DNA of 64,000 nucleotides from Thermoproteota archaeon (GCA_032249235.1 JAVVGF010000002.1:1-64000); one strand, 5' to 3'. Positions 49,106-58,563 are shown, numbered from the stretch's first letter. Notes: a model not told the origin generated them from the letters alone. Numbers and translations are program-made.

Positions 49106-50563
49106 TTAACAGTAAGTAGGATTGATGTTGCCTAGTTTACAATAATTTGAAAATGGTTCGACAGAAAATATTGTTGTTGGAACAGTGTAATTAGATCCTT
49201 GATACTGATATTGAACACCCGTTTCATCATACCTAATAACCATACTTTGAGGTGAAGATGAGCTTACATGAAGGTAGAAAATTGAATCCACATAAGATAG
49301 ATTTGATGTTTGCCAGATAAGATCTATGTTAGGTAATATGGGAGCTAAAGCGGAAGCCACTTCAGGAGCTACAGCAGCAATTAAGAGGGCGACAGGTATG
49401 CTGATTGTTAATGATGGTAACTCGCTTTGTTCAATTTGTGTCCCGTGAATATATATTAGTTGTCCTGGACTCAACGTTCCATAATATTTCGAATAAGCAT
49501 CATTAAAAGGTATGAAATTACCTGATGTAGCGTAAAGATTAGGAGCTTTTGAATTTCCAGATTGCAATACTTCTAAGCCTGTTTGGAAAAGTTGATATGA
49601 ATATCCAAAAGGGACTGCTCCCCACCAAGGCACCATAAGAAATTCAGTATAATTTGCAAGAGCTAATTGACCTTTTTCGTAAATCATGACTTTTGAAGGA
49701 TAATTACTAAGTGCAGTACCAAAACCTATATACGAATTTACGGAAACTGAACTGCTAGATATTGTCATTGACGGTCCTGGAATTGAGTAGGATGTGCTCC
49801 CGGATTCATCTTCAAAGGCTTCTGAAATATCTATTTGAAAAGTTGTTTGAGAAGACGAAATGATATAAACATTAATAGATCCATCAATGTAATTCTGATA
49901 ACCTTGACTATATACCGAACTTGCATCTGCTTCCATTAAAGGTATGATCCCAAATGAATTGCTAGAAGGATAATATGTAACTGAATTCAAATTGTAACAG
50001 GTATATACATATTTATATGTATCTTTACAGTAGTAGTTTGGTACGCTAGAGCTAGTAGTTGTTGTTATCGTTTGATCTGAACTCTTGAATTCTTTTTGAA
50101 TTCTTGTTAAATTAAAGACTTTAGGTTGATTGAAAACAATTGCTTTTGAAATGCTATATCCATTCAATATTTTAATAGGATCATATTCAACAGTGAAACT
50201 TTGGCTATATATAATCGTTGAGCCACTAACATTTTTTGAATAGCTTGCAAATCCAATCAAAGAAGGATGGATTAAGCTACCATATTCATTAGCCCATGCT
50301 TTAGCTGCTTCTTTAATCGAAGAAGCTGGAATTGATAAAAATTGGTTTAAAATTCCATGATAAATTTCCTTAAAAATTGTTCCATTTTCTGAAGGATAAA
50401 AAATATAAAGTTGAACAAAAACGTTTTTAATTAAATTAGCATTTTTATCAAAAAAAGCAAGTGTTATAGATTGATTATTTATGTTCACAGAATACATCCA
50501 TAACATAGGTGTTATTATTGAAACGAGCAAAATTGCTAGTAATTTTTTCTGCATAAGAAACAT
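49106..50563 (-). CDS. Hypothetical secreted Ser/Thr/Tyr-rich protein
   Basis: Signal peptide, TTTTSSS linker, S/T/Y/N-rich composition and Cys pairs. Confidence 0.7.
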   Translation of the reverse strand: MFLMQKKLLAILLVSIITPMLWMYSVNINNQSITLAFFDKNANLIKNVFVQLYIFYPSENGTIFKEIYHGILNQFLSIPASSIKEAAKAWANEYGSLIHPSLIGFASYSKNVSGSTIIYSQSFTVEYDPIKILNGYSISKAIVFNQPKVFNLTRIQKEFKSSDQTITTTTSSSVPNYYCKDTYKYVYTCYNLNSVTYYPSSNSFGIIPLMEADASSVYSQGYQNYIDGSINVYIISSSQTTFQIDISEAFEDESGSTSYSIPGPSMTISSSSVSVNSYIGFGTALSNYPSKVMIYEKGQLALANYTEFLMVPWWGAVPFGYSYQLFQTGLEVLQSGNSKAPNLYATSGNFIPFNDAYSKYYGTLSPGQLIYIHGTQIEQSELPSLTISIPVALLIAAVAPEVASALAPILPNIDLIWQTSNLSYVDSIFYLHVSSSSPQSMVIRYDETGVQYQYQGSNYTVPTTIFSVEPFSNYCKLGNINPTYC

Positions 50564-50599
50564 ATGATATACAAGTATATAAATTTTTCTCGCATGCTA

Positions 50600-51020
50600 C
50601 AAACAGTAGAATTATGGTTTTAAAAAGGCTTCTTTTCACCTAAAATCATTAATAAGAAAGTTTAGAAAAACCTATTGAGCACACAATTACAGAGATTAAA
50701 GACTGCCTTTAAGGACGGTATGAATAGCCTTAAATATTTATTATAAAAATTTTAGGAATTTCAGCGACGCTCCTCCTAGGCTCTAGAGAGCTTGATGGGA
50801 ATTAAGAAGAAGCGATCAGCGTTGCTCTTTAGTGAAGGATTCTTAATAGAATCAAGATTTTGGCTTGGCAATTTTCTTGTTAAAGGTTACTTTTAGGACT
50901 CGATGATATGCGGAAGCTCTGAGCTATAATTCCAGCAAATGGGATATGTAGCCACGAATCGATGCTTTGAATCAATGAATCTCTCTAAAAGGCGACCTCG
51001 CTTTTCTATGAAGGGGTCAG
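50600..51020 (+). mobile_element. Probable decayed IS200/IS605 (tnpB 3' / right-end) remnant
   Basis: ORF-free stretch, more GC-rich than neighbouring intergenics, ending CAATGAATCTCTCTAAAAGGCGACCTCGCTTTTCTATGAAGGGGTCAG. From memory this resembles crenarchaeal IS605 right ends (..CAATGAA..CCCTCGCCC..GGTCAG). The left boundary is uncertain. Confidence 0.45.
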
Positions 51021-51088
51021 AATAGATACCGAGGTAATACGATTTTGCGATAAAGTCACAATCAAAACTTACTTTTTAAAAGTTTGTC

Positions 51089-51346
51089 ATGCCTCTTATG
51101 AAAATTTACCAAGTAGAAGCTGGGATGATAAATGTATCGATAATAGCTACGGTAAAAGATCAGGAAACTGTTCAAAATGGAAAATATAAAACGATATTAG
51201 AAGATGGTACTGGCAAAATCACAATGCTGCTAAACGAGAAATTGACGATAGGAACTGTTCTGAAAGTCGAGAAAGCATATGCCTATAAGTATAGAGGACA
51301 ACTCTGTATTACGCTCATGAAAAAAGGAAAGATTAGAAAGTACTAA
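51089..51346 (+). CDS. Single OB-fold protein, crenarchaeal SSB-like
   Basis: KI..V..GM.NVSI...V...LEDGTGKI...GTVLKVEKAY...YRGQL.I...KKGKI matches the Sulfolobus-type SSB pattern. No acidic tail. Confidence 0.7.
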   Translation: MPLMKIYQVEAGMINVSIIATVKDQETVQNGKYKTILEDGTGKITMLLNEKLTIGTVLKVEKAYAYKYRGQLCITLMKKGKIRKY

Positions 51347-51375
51347 TGATATTGTAATTGATTAAAAAGATTCTT

Positions 51376-51412
51376 TAACTTTCTTTTTGCATGATCGTGC
51401 AAAAAAAGGTTA
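51376..51412. repeat. Imperfect 37-bp inverted repeat
   Basis: TAACTTTCTTTTTGCA-TGATCG-TGCAAAAAAAGGTTA. Confidence 0.7.
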
Positions 51413-51528
51413 GATACGCTAATTAGATGCTTTCAATCATGCATGCCTATAATTAATTAATCCATTGCAAAGGCTTTTTTTGAATAGAATGATCAAAAAT
51501 TGCTTTTAAATAAGGTGAGAGTTTCCCT

Positions 51529-51774
51529 ATGCCTTGCATAATAAAATGCTCAACATGTGGTTTCAAGTTTTTCAACGATAAAGAGGATATAACTTCACCT
51601 GCAGATATATTGAGAAGATATTCATTCAAATGCCCAAGTTGTCTGAGTAAACTAACGTTTGATTACAGGAAAATTAGCATATCCATAGCTACAGATATCC
51701 ACGCATATAGAAGACCTGGCATTTCAATGAGAACGCTAAGAATTAAGAGTATTCGAGAAAGGATTCTTGAATAA
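51529..51774 (+). CDS. Small Zn-ribbon protein
   Basis: CSTC...CPSC with a basic C-terminus. A TATA-like ttttaaat lies about 25 nt upstream. Confidence 0.65.
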   Translation: MPCIIKCSTCGFKFFNDKEDITSPADILRRYSFKCPSCLSKLTFDYRKISISIATDIHAYRRPGISMRTLRIKSIRERILE

Positions 51775-51812
51775 ATAAACTTTTAATAACCTTTGTATTT
51801 TAAACATTCTTA

Positions 51813-54800
51813 GTGCAATTCATTTACAAAGCGTTATGCCCCAATGATGGAAATGATATAATTTCGAGTAGACTTGAGAAGGGGCTTGTTTGTGAAAAAT
51901 GTCTTCCTGAATCTTATGCTCATTCTATTCAATCGCATGAAGAACTCATTAAATATTTAGAAGAAAGAAATCTGCTAGAAGGCAAACTTAAAGATTATGA
52001 AGAGTTAGAAGCTAAACTAAGAGAATTTGAAGAATTTTCAAAAGTAGTATATGAAAGCCTAACACCAGCACAAAGGAGCTGGTTCATGAAAGCTTCTAGA
52101 AGTGAAAGTTTTGCAATTACTTATCCTACAGGTTTAGGTAAGACTTCCTTTGGAGTTCTCCTAGCTCTTTACACAATTTATAAGGATAATGGAAAGAAAG
52201 TCTTCTTCATAGTACCGACTAAGTTATTGGTTTCAAGACTTTCAGAAAGACTTCAAGAAATTGCTGAGAAAAAAGATTTGAAACTAAAAATCCTAAAATC
52301 AGGAGAGAAAAAAGAGGATATAATCAACTCATTAAGAAATAGAGAATTTAATATAGCTGTTTTCACACCAAAATTCCTTATTTATAATAAAGACGTATTG
52401 AACAGTAAAGAATATACAGGAATCGCAGATCTGATATTCGTCGATGATGTTGATGCATTACTTAAAAGCTCTAAAGCTATCGATATAGTCCTAAATTTAT
52501 TAGGTTTCGAAGAATCAATTCAGGCTAAGCTTAGAAAGATAATTAAAAGAACCTCTAGAGAGGATACGGAAGCGAAAACTAAAGTGCTAGAGGAGATAGA
52601 AGCATATAAGAAACAAAGAAAGATTGGCCAATTGATTTTCTCAAGCGCAACTACACGGTATACTTCCTCTAGGCTAAGATTATTGAGATACTTATTAAAC
52701 TTTGAACCTGGCTCATCATTAGAAGTTTTCAGAAACATTAAAGAAGTTTATAAGTTCACTAAAAATGAAATTAATGACTGCATTAATATTGTAAAGAAGA
52801 TAGGAGAAGGCGGATTAATTTTCGTTTCAACAGATAAACCCTCTGATTATCTTGAAAAAATAGCTAGTAAACTTGAGGAAGAAGGTATTAAATGTGAAAT
52901 AGTTTCTGGAAAAACAAACGCTAAAAAAATCATAGAAAAATTCGAAAAAGGTGAAGTAAAAGTCTTGATTGGTAATGCAATTTTCTATGGACCTTTGGTT
53001 AGAGGAATAGATATGCCAGCAAAAGTAAAATATGCCTTATTTGTTGGTGTGCCTAAATTTAAATTCTCATTTAGAATATTTGAAAGAAATCCTCTAAGAA
53101 CTCTTTGGCTAGCAAGTTTAGTTGTTAACTTCGTAGAAGATTTCAATACAAGAAGAGCTATACTAGAGACGGCTAATAAATTGAAAAACGAAACACAAAA
53201 ATTCACACCAGAAGCCTTGAGAGCTTTAGCACATATCGAGAAAGTTGAAACTCAAATGCGCATATTTAAGTTGACTAAAGAACTATATGAGTTGCTTAAA
53301 GAAACATTAAAAGATGAAAACCTTGTAAGAAAGCTAGAAGAAAAAAATAGACTTAAAGTCCTTGAAGAAAAAGGAGAAAAATTCTTTTTAATTCCTGACT
53401 CCTTAACTTACATTCAAGCTTCAGGAAGGACGAGTAGGCTATACTATGGCGGAATAACAACAGGCTTATCGATAATACTTGTTGATGATAAAAATATATT
53501 CGAAGGATTGAAATTCCAATTGAATTTAAGAAGTGAACTTTTCAAATTTATAAATTATAAAGAATTTGAAAAAGAAAAAGAAAAAATCCTTGAATTAATA
53601 CGAATAGAAAGAGAAGCTATAGAGAAAAGAGATTTAAAGAAATTGAAAGAGCTCAAGAAGCTTGAACTAAAAACTGCTTTATTTGTTGTAGAATCTCCAA
53701 CAAAGGCAAGAACTATATCTTCATTTTTTGGTAAACCTGTGGTCAGACTTGTTAAAGGGTTGAGAGTTTACGAATGTGTTTCAGATAGATACATCCTTTA
53801 TATTACTGCAACAAGGGGCCATATATTTGATCTTGTTTACACACATGACCCCAATAATGGGTATTATTATGGTGTATTGAAAAAAGATGGTTACATACCT
53901 ATATACAATACAATAAAGAAATGCAACAATTGCGGTGCCCAATTTAATGAATATCTAAAAGAAAAAGGAAAATGCAATTATTGTGGAAGTGATAAAATAG
54001 ATGATCAAATTAAAACTGTAGAAGCTCTTCAAGAATTAGCACAGGAATGTGACTTGGTAATAATAGCTACAGATCCTGATTCTGAAGGAGAAAAAATAGC
54101 GAAAGATGTTTATTTGGCTGTTAAGCCTTTCGCTAAAGAAATTAAAAGAGCTGAAATGCATGAAATAACTTTAAGGGCTTTCTTAGATGCCTTAGATAAT
54201 TTAAGAGATGTAAATGATAAACTTGTTGAAGCTCAAGTACTAAGAAGAATAGGTGATAGATGGGTAGGATTTAGTTTAAGCAACGTAGTTCAACAAGAAT
54301 TTAAACGAAGAACTTTGGGTATAGGAAGAGTACAAGGACCTGTATTACATTGGATAGTAAAGAATTATGAAAAAAGTAAAAAAGAAAAGAAAAAAATTGC
54401 TGTATTTCATACTAAAATAAATGATATAAGATTAAGAATAATATCAAAAAGCATAGATATTAAGAAAAGGAACTTAAAAAATATACTTAAAAATATAAAA
54501 ATAAAAGTATCTAAAATTAAAAAGAAACAAGAACTAATAAGACCTCCAGTTCCCTTCTCTACTACTGAATTATTGACATATGCAATACCTCGAATAAAGG
54601 CTTCATCAGACAAAATCATGAAATTAGCTCAAGATCTATTTGAAGCAGGCTTGATAACATATCATAGAACTGATAGCCATTATATTAGTTATGTTGGATT
54701 CGAAATAGCAAAAAGGTATCTTGAAGAAAAGAACCTTATTGAATTACATAAACAGCGTCAATATGGTGAAAAAGCTACACATGAATGCATTAGACCAACT

Positions 54801-55502
54801 AGACCGTTAGATAGAACAGAATTAGAAAGCGCTATTGCTACAGGACAAATCAGGATACCTATACAATTAACTCCCCAGCATTATCAGCTATATGACTTAA
54901 TATTTAGGGTTTTTATAGCATCACAAATGGAAGAGGCAAAAACAATTACGTATGAAATTTCATTCGAATCATTAAAGGTGCCAATCAATGGTGAAATGAA
55001 AGAAATAAAGCTTAAGCCAATCAAGTTAAATATCAAAGCAGATGAGAATAGCTTCGCAAAGATTTATTCGATACCGACTTATCCTCAATTGGAAAACATC
55101 AAAAAAGGTGATGTATTTGAGGTTGAAGACGTTCAGCTAATTAAGAAGAAAAAAGCACTATTTACAGAAGAGGAAATCATAAGTAAAATGAAAAAAGAAG
55201 GTATAGGGAGGCCTTCTACATACGCTATAATTATTAAAAAATTAATAGAGCATGGTTATGTTTTTAAATCACCTAATAAACAAGCCTTGATTCCTACTAA
55301 AACAGGTATAGAACTAATAAAGAAACTTAATAAAGAATACAAATGGGTTACAGATGTAAAATTAACACGGGAATTTGAAGAAACTATGGATCGTATAGAA
55401 AAAGGAGAACTTAATAAAGTAGAGATAACAAAAAAACTTGATGAATTCTTTGAAAGATTTTATGAATTGAAAAGGCCGACACCAATAGTTATACCTTCTT
55501 AG
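51813..55502 (+). CDS. rgy: Reverse gyrase
   Basis: N-terminal Zn finger, PTGLGKT, DDVD, QASGRTSR, VESPTKA, second Zn finger, DPDSEGE, catalytic ITYHRTDS and GIGRPSTY. Confidence 0.97.
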   Translation: MQFIYKALCPNDGNDIISSRLEKGLVCEKCLPESYAHSIQSHEELIKYLEERNLLEGKLKDYEELEAKLREFEEFSKVVYESLTPAQRSWFMKASRSESFAITYPTGLGKTSFGVLLALYTIYKDNGKKVFFIVPTKLLVSRLSERLQEIAEKKDLKLKILKSGEKKEDIINSLRNREFNIAVFTPKFLIYNKDVLNSKEYTGIADLIFVDDVDALLKSSKAIDIVLNLLGFEESIQAKLRKIIKRTSREDTEAKTKVLEEIEAYKKQRKIGQLIFSSATTRYTSSRLRLLRYLLNFEPGSSLEVFRNIKEVYKFTKNEINDCINIVKKIGEGGLIFVSTDKPSDYLEKIASKLEEEGIKCEIVSGKTNAKKIIEKFEKGEVKVLIGNAIFYGPLVRGIDMPAKVKYALFVGVPKFKFSFRIFERNPLRTLWLASLVVNFVEDFNTRRAILETANKLKNETQKFTPEALRALAHIEKVETQMRIFKLTKELYELLKETLKDENLVRKLEEKNRLKVLEEKGEKFFLIPDSLTYIQASGRTSRLYYGGITTGLSIILVDDKNIFEGLKFQLNLRSELFKFINYKEFEKEKEKILELIRIEREAIEKRDLKKLKELKKLELKTALFVVESPTKARTISSFFGKPVVRLVKGLRVYECVSDRYILYITATRGHIFDLVYTHDPNNGYYYGVLKKDGYIPIYNTIKKCNNCGAQFNEYLKEKGKCNYCGSDKIDDQIKTVEALQELAQECDLVIIATDPDSEGEKIAKDVYLAVKPFAKEIKRAEMHEITLRAFLDALDNLRDVNDKLVEAQVLRRIGDRWVGFSLSNVVQQEFKRRTLGIGRVQGPVLHWIVKNYEKSKKEKKKIAVFHTKINDIRLRIISKSIDIKKRNLKNILKNIKIKVSKIKKKQELIRPPVPFSTTELLTYAIPRIKASSDKIMKLAQDLFEAGLITYHRTDSHYISYVGFEIAKRYLEEKNLIELHKQRQYGEKATHECIRPTRPLDRTELESAIATGQIRIPIQLTPQHYQLYDLIFRVFIASQMEEAKTITYEISFESLKVPINGEMKEIKLKPIKLNIKADENSFAKIYSIPTYPQLENIKKGDVFEVEDVQLIKKKKALFTEEEIISKMKKEGIGRPSTYAIIIKKLIEHGYVFKSPNKQALIPTKTGIELIKKLNKEYKWVTDVKLTREFEETMDRIEKGELNKVEITKKLDEFFERFYELKRPTPIVIPS

Positions 55503-55503
55503 C

Positions 55504-57903
55504 ATGACGCTTGCGGTATTCCTTGCTGGTGGAGAAGGTACAAGATTAAGACCTTTAACTGTTTCTAAGCCAAAGCCTTTAGTAAAAGTACTTAACATTC
55601 CTGTGCTTACTTATAATTTAATCAGAATAAAGAATATCGGAATTAAAGAAGTAAAAATCACACTACATTACCTTCCTCAACTAATTATATCTGAATATGG
55701 AGATGGTACAAGTTTAGGTTTAAACATCGAATATTCTGTAGAAGAAAGACCATTAGGTACTGCAGGAGGTGTAAGAGAAGCTGTAGGAAATACCAATGAT
55801 AAAATCATTGTAGTAAGCGGTGATTTGATAACAGATTTCAATCTAAAAGAAATGCTGGAATTTCACAATAAAAGAGGTAGCCTTATGACCATTGCTCTCG
55901 GCTATTCTGAAGAACCTTACCAGTTTGGCATTGCTAAGCTAAATGAAGAAGGTAGAATAGTTAGATATCTCGAAAAGCCATCGCCTACTGAAGTATTCAG
56001 CAACTATATAAATGCAGGTATGTATATTTTAGAACCTGAAGTTCTCAAATATATACCCAAGTCTAGCGAATTTGATTTCAGCAGAGATTTGATACCTATT
56101 CTATTATCCAAAGGCGAACCAATATATGGATTCTACTCAAAATGCTATTGGAGAGACATAGGAACAATTGAACAATATTTGCAATGCAATCATGAATTGC
56201 TTAAAAGAGGATCTCATGAATTATATGAAATTGCAATAAAAAATCAAAAAATAAGAAAAGATATACCAAATTTGATCGAACCTTCTTTAGTTAATGAGGG
56301 GGCTGTAATTAAGGAAGGAGCGAAAATAGGACCATTTACAATAATAGATGAAGAAGTAATAATAGGCAATAATTCGATTATTAGTGGAAGCGTTATAAGC
56401 AAAGGAGCATACATAGGTGAAAGATGTTCAATAATATCAAGTATAATAGATAAATATGCTAAGATTCATGATAAGACAACTATATTCGAGAATTGCGTGA
56501 TAGGAGAAAGAACGATAATCGGTAGAGGAACGGAAATCAGGCCTAACGTAAGAATATGGCCTGATAAATACGTTGATGAAAATATGATAATTACATCGAA
56601 TATTGTAACTGCAAGCAAAATATTTAGATCAATGTTCAATCAGGGACTTATTCGTTTAACATTAAATTCTGAAATAACGCCTGAATATGCTGCGAAGTTT
56701 GGTAAAACCATAGCTAATATTATTAAAAGCGGGGAATTGATTTCTATTGCTTCCAGTTCTAAAAAAATATTAGAGTTGATTGGCTTACCTATGATTTCTG
56801 GAGCAATTTCTGCAGGAAATAATGTTGCGAATTTGGGAATTTTACCAATGAGTGTGGCAAGACTAGCTAATCAATCCTCTAAATCAAAATTCGGCATATA
56901 TCTATTGTTAAATGAAAGGAATTCGGCTGAAGTTATTCTACACCTATTTGATGAAATGGGCTCGAACATTGATGAAAAAACAGAAAAGAAAATAGAAAAT
57001 TTATTTTATAGAGAAGAATTCAGATCAGTTGATATAAAAAATATTGGAAATTTTGTTAATATTGATATAAATTATATAGTAGAGTATTATGTTAGAGTTT
57101 TAAAAAAGTTATTTGGAAATGATCTCGATAATGAGGTATATTTCATTTTGGAAAGAGGAGAGGAACTATTAAATTTCCTTTCAATACTTAAAAAAACAAG
57201 TTTTAATATATCTTTTGTAAATGATTTCAAAAAAATTCATAAATTAAAAAAAGATAGTCTAATTGTGAAAAGCGATAATAGCTTCAGTAGTTTAAATTTA
57301 CTCAATCATGAGGGAGAAATTATCAATTCAGGAAAAAGAATTTTACTTGAACTTTATTCTATTAGAGAAAACCTTGACAAAAGAACCCTAATAGCACCGA
57401 AATTTTTATGTGATGAAGCAGTGAGATATCTTCAAGGTTTAGGATTTGAAATTGTTCAAAAAAATTTAATATTTAGAGATTATAGTAGAAATTTAACAAG
57501 TAAAGATGTTATCATCCTTGAACCTTTTCATGCTATAGGTATTTCTCCTATTCCTTATTTCGATGCAATAGCTTCTTCGATTTCAATTAGCAAATTGTTA
57601 ATAAAAAAGAATTATACGCTAAAAGATGCACTAGAAATGCTTCCTGAACATTTCATCGTTTATGAATTTGAGGAAGCACCACTTGAAAAGATATCAAAAA
57701 TTATCGCTGAATTAGGAAAAGAGGAAGATATTGAAAATGCAGGAAACTCTGCAATTATTAATGACGAAGCGAGATGTCTGATTCAACCCTCTATTTTCGC
57801 AGCAGGATTTGATATCATATCTTCTTCAACAAGTTATGAAAAAGCCTTAAAGTTTGCAACAATTGCGAAGAAGTATATAAATAAAATAAGGAATAAAATT
57901 TAG
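55504..57903 (+). CDS. NDP-sugar pyrophosphorylase (M1P guanylyltransferase-like) with left-handed beta-helix and degenerate phosphohexomutase-like C-terminal half
   Basis: LAGGEGTRLRPLT..PKPL, PLGTAG, EKP and YWRDIG motifs, hexapeptide repeats, then a PGM/PMM-like region beginning NSEITPEYAAKFG. Confidence 0.85.
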   Translation: MTLAVFLAGGEGTRLRPLTVSKPKPLVKVLNIPVLTYNLIRIKNIGIKEVKITLHYLPQLIISEYGDGTSLGLNIEYSVEERPLGTAGGVREAVGNTNDKIIVVSGDLITDFNLKEMLEFHNKRGSLMTIALGYSEEPYQFGIAKLNEEGRIVRYLEKPSPTEVFSNYINAGMYILEPEVLKYIPKSSEFDFSRDLIPILLSKGEPIYGFYSKCYWRDIGTIEQYLQCNHELLKRGSHELYEIAIKNQKIRKDIPNLIEPSLVNEGAVIKEGAKIGPFTIIDEEVIIGNNSIISGSVISKGAYIGERCSIISSIIDKYAKIHDKTTIFENCVIGERTIIGRGTEIRPNVRIWPDKYVDENMIITSNIVTASKIFRSMFNQGLIRLTLNSEITPEYAAKFGKTIANIIKSGELISIASSSKKILELIGLPMISGAISAGNNVANLGILPMSVARLANQSSKSKFGIYLLLNERNSAEVILHLFDEMGSNIDEKTEKKIENLFYREEFRSVDIKNIGNFVNIDINYIVEYYVRVLKKLFGNDLDNEVYFILERGEELLNFLSILKKTSFNISFVNDFKKIHKLKKDSLIVKSDNSFSSLNLLNHEGEIINSGKRILLELYSIRENLDKRTLIAPKFLCDEAVRYLQGLGFEIVQKNLIFRDYSRNLTSKDVIILEPFHAIGISPIPYFDAIASSISISKLLIKKNYTLKDALEMLPEHFIVYEFEEAPLEKISKIIAELGKEEDIENAGNSAIINDEARCLIQPSIFAAGFDIISSSTSYEKALKFATIAKKYINKIRNKI

Positions 57904-57904
57904 A

Positions 57905-57960
57905 GCCAATGATGAAAAGGTTTCCACATGACTTGTGATTATTCCAGGGGTAGCTGAGGA
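57905..57960 (+). ncRNA. Box C/D methylation-guide sRNA
   Basis: C box ATGATGA 57909-15, 12-nt guide, D' ATGA 57928-31, C' GTGATTA 57935-41, 12-nt guide and D box CTGA 57954-57. It has short cc/gg ends and is followed by a T7 tract. Confidence 0.85.
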
Positions 57961-57967
57961 TTTTTTA
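57961..57967 (+). terminator. Oligo-T terminator after the sRNA / rgy-NTase unit
   Basis: TTTTTTT immediately after the D box. Confidence 0.5.
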
Positions 57968-58014
57968 TAAGTAAATTTATAAGGCAATTTTTCATTTTTT
58001 ATTAAAGGTTATCA

Positions 58015-58503
58015 ATGCAAAAATTAAAAACCCTCAATAAGAGGGTAAACGTATACGTTGCGGATTCTCTTCTTTGTAAAGGCAAAGGGTTATTTTCGGC
58101 AAAGAGTTTTCAAAAAGAAGAGCTCGTTTATGAATTTGAAGGTGAATATATAAAAGGAGATCTTTCAAACATCTCAAATCCTTATGTATTACAGCTCGAT
58201 GTAGGTTTGTACTTTTTACCTTTTAATGAAGGAAAATATCTTAACCATTCCTGTGAACCGAATTGCAAAATTGTATGGGAAAATAATAGAGTTCTATTAA
58301 TTGCTATAAAAGATATTAAAAAAGATGAAGAACTGTCTTATAATTATAATACTACTGAATTTGACATGGGACCTGATTGGTTTATATGTTCTTGTGGATC
58401 AAATAGTTGTTATAAAGTTATAAAGGGCTTTAAATACTTAAGTAAAGAACAAAAATACAAAATTAAAGATTTAATTTTGCCTTATTTATATAGATTTTTA
58501 TAG
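58015..58503 (+). CDS. SET-domain protein-lysine methyltransferase with post-SET
   Basis: KGKGLFSA, YLNHSCEPN, IKDIKKDEELSYNY and post-SET CSCGSNSC. Confidence 0.9.
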   Translation: MQKLKTLNKRVNVYVADSLLCKGKGLFSAKSFQKEELVYEFEGEYIKGDLSNISNPYVLQLDVGLYFLPFNEGKYLNHSCEPNCKIVWENNRVLLIAIKDIKKDEELSYNYNTTEFDMGPDWFICSCGSNSCYKVIKGFKYLSKEQKYKIKDLILPYLYRFL

Positions 58504-58563
58504 CATATTTTTTTATACATTTTAATATTTAGATTTATAAATAGGATAACTTATTTTCACGAC

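Noticed and set aside
50900-50925. Second C/D sRNA (ATGATA...CTGA)
   Set aside because: There is only one degenerate box pair with a ~10-nt spacer and no complete C/D'/C'/D layout.
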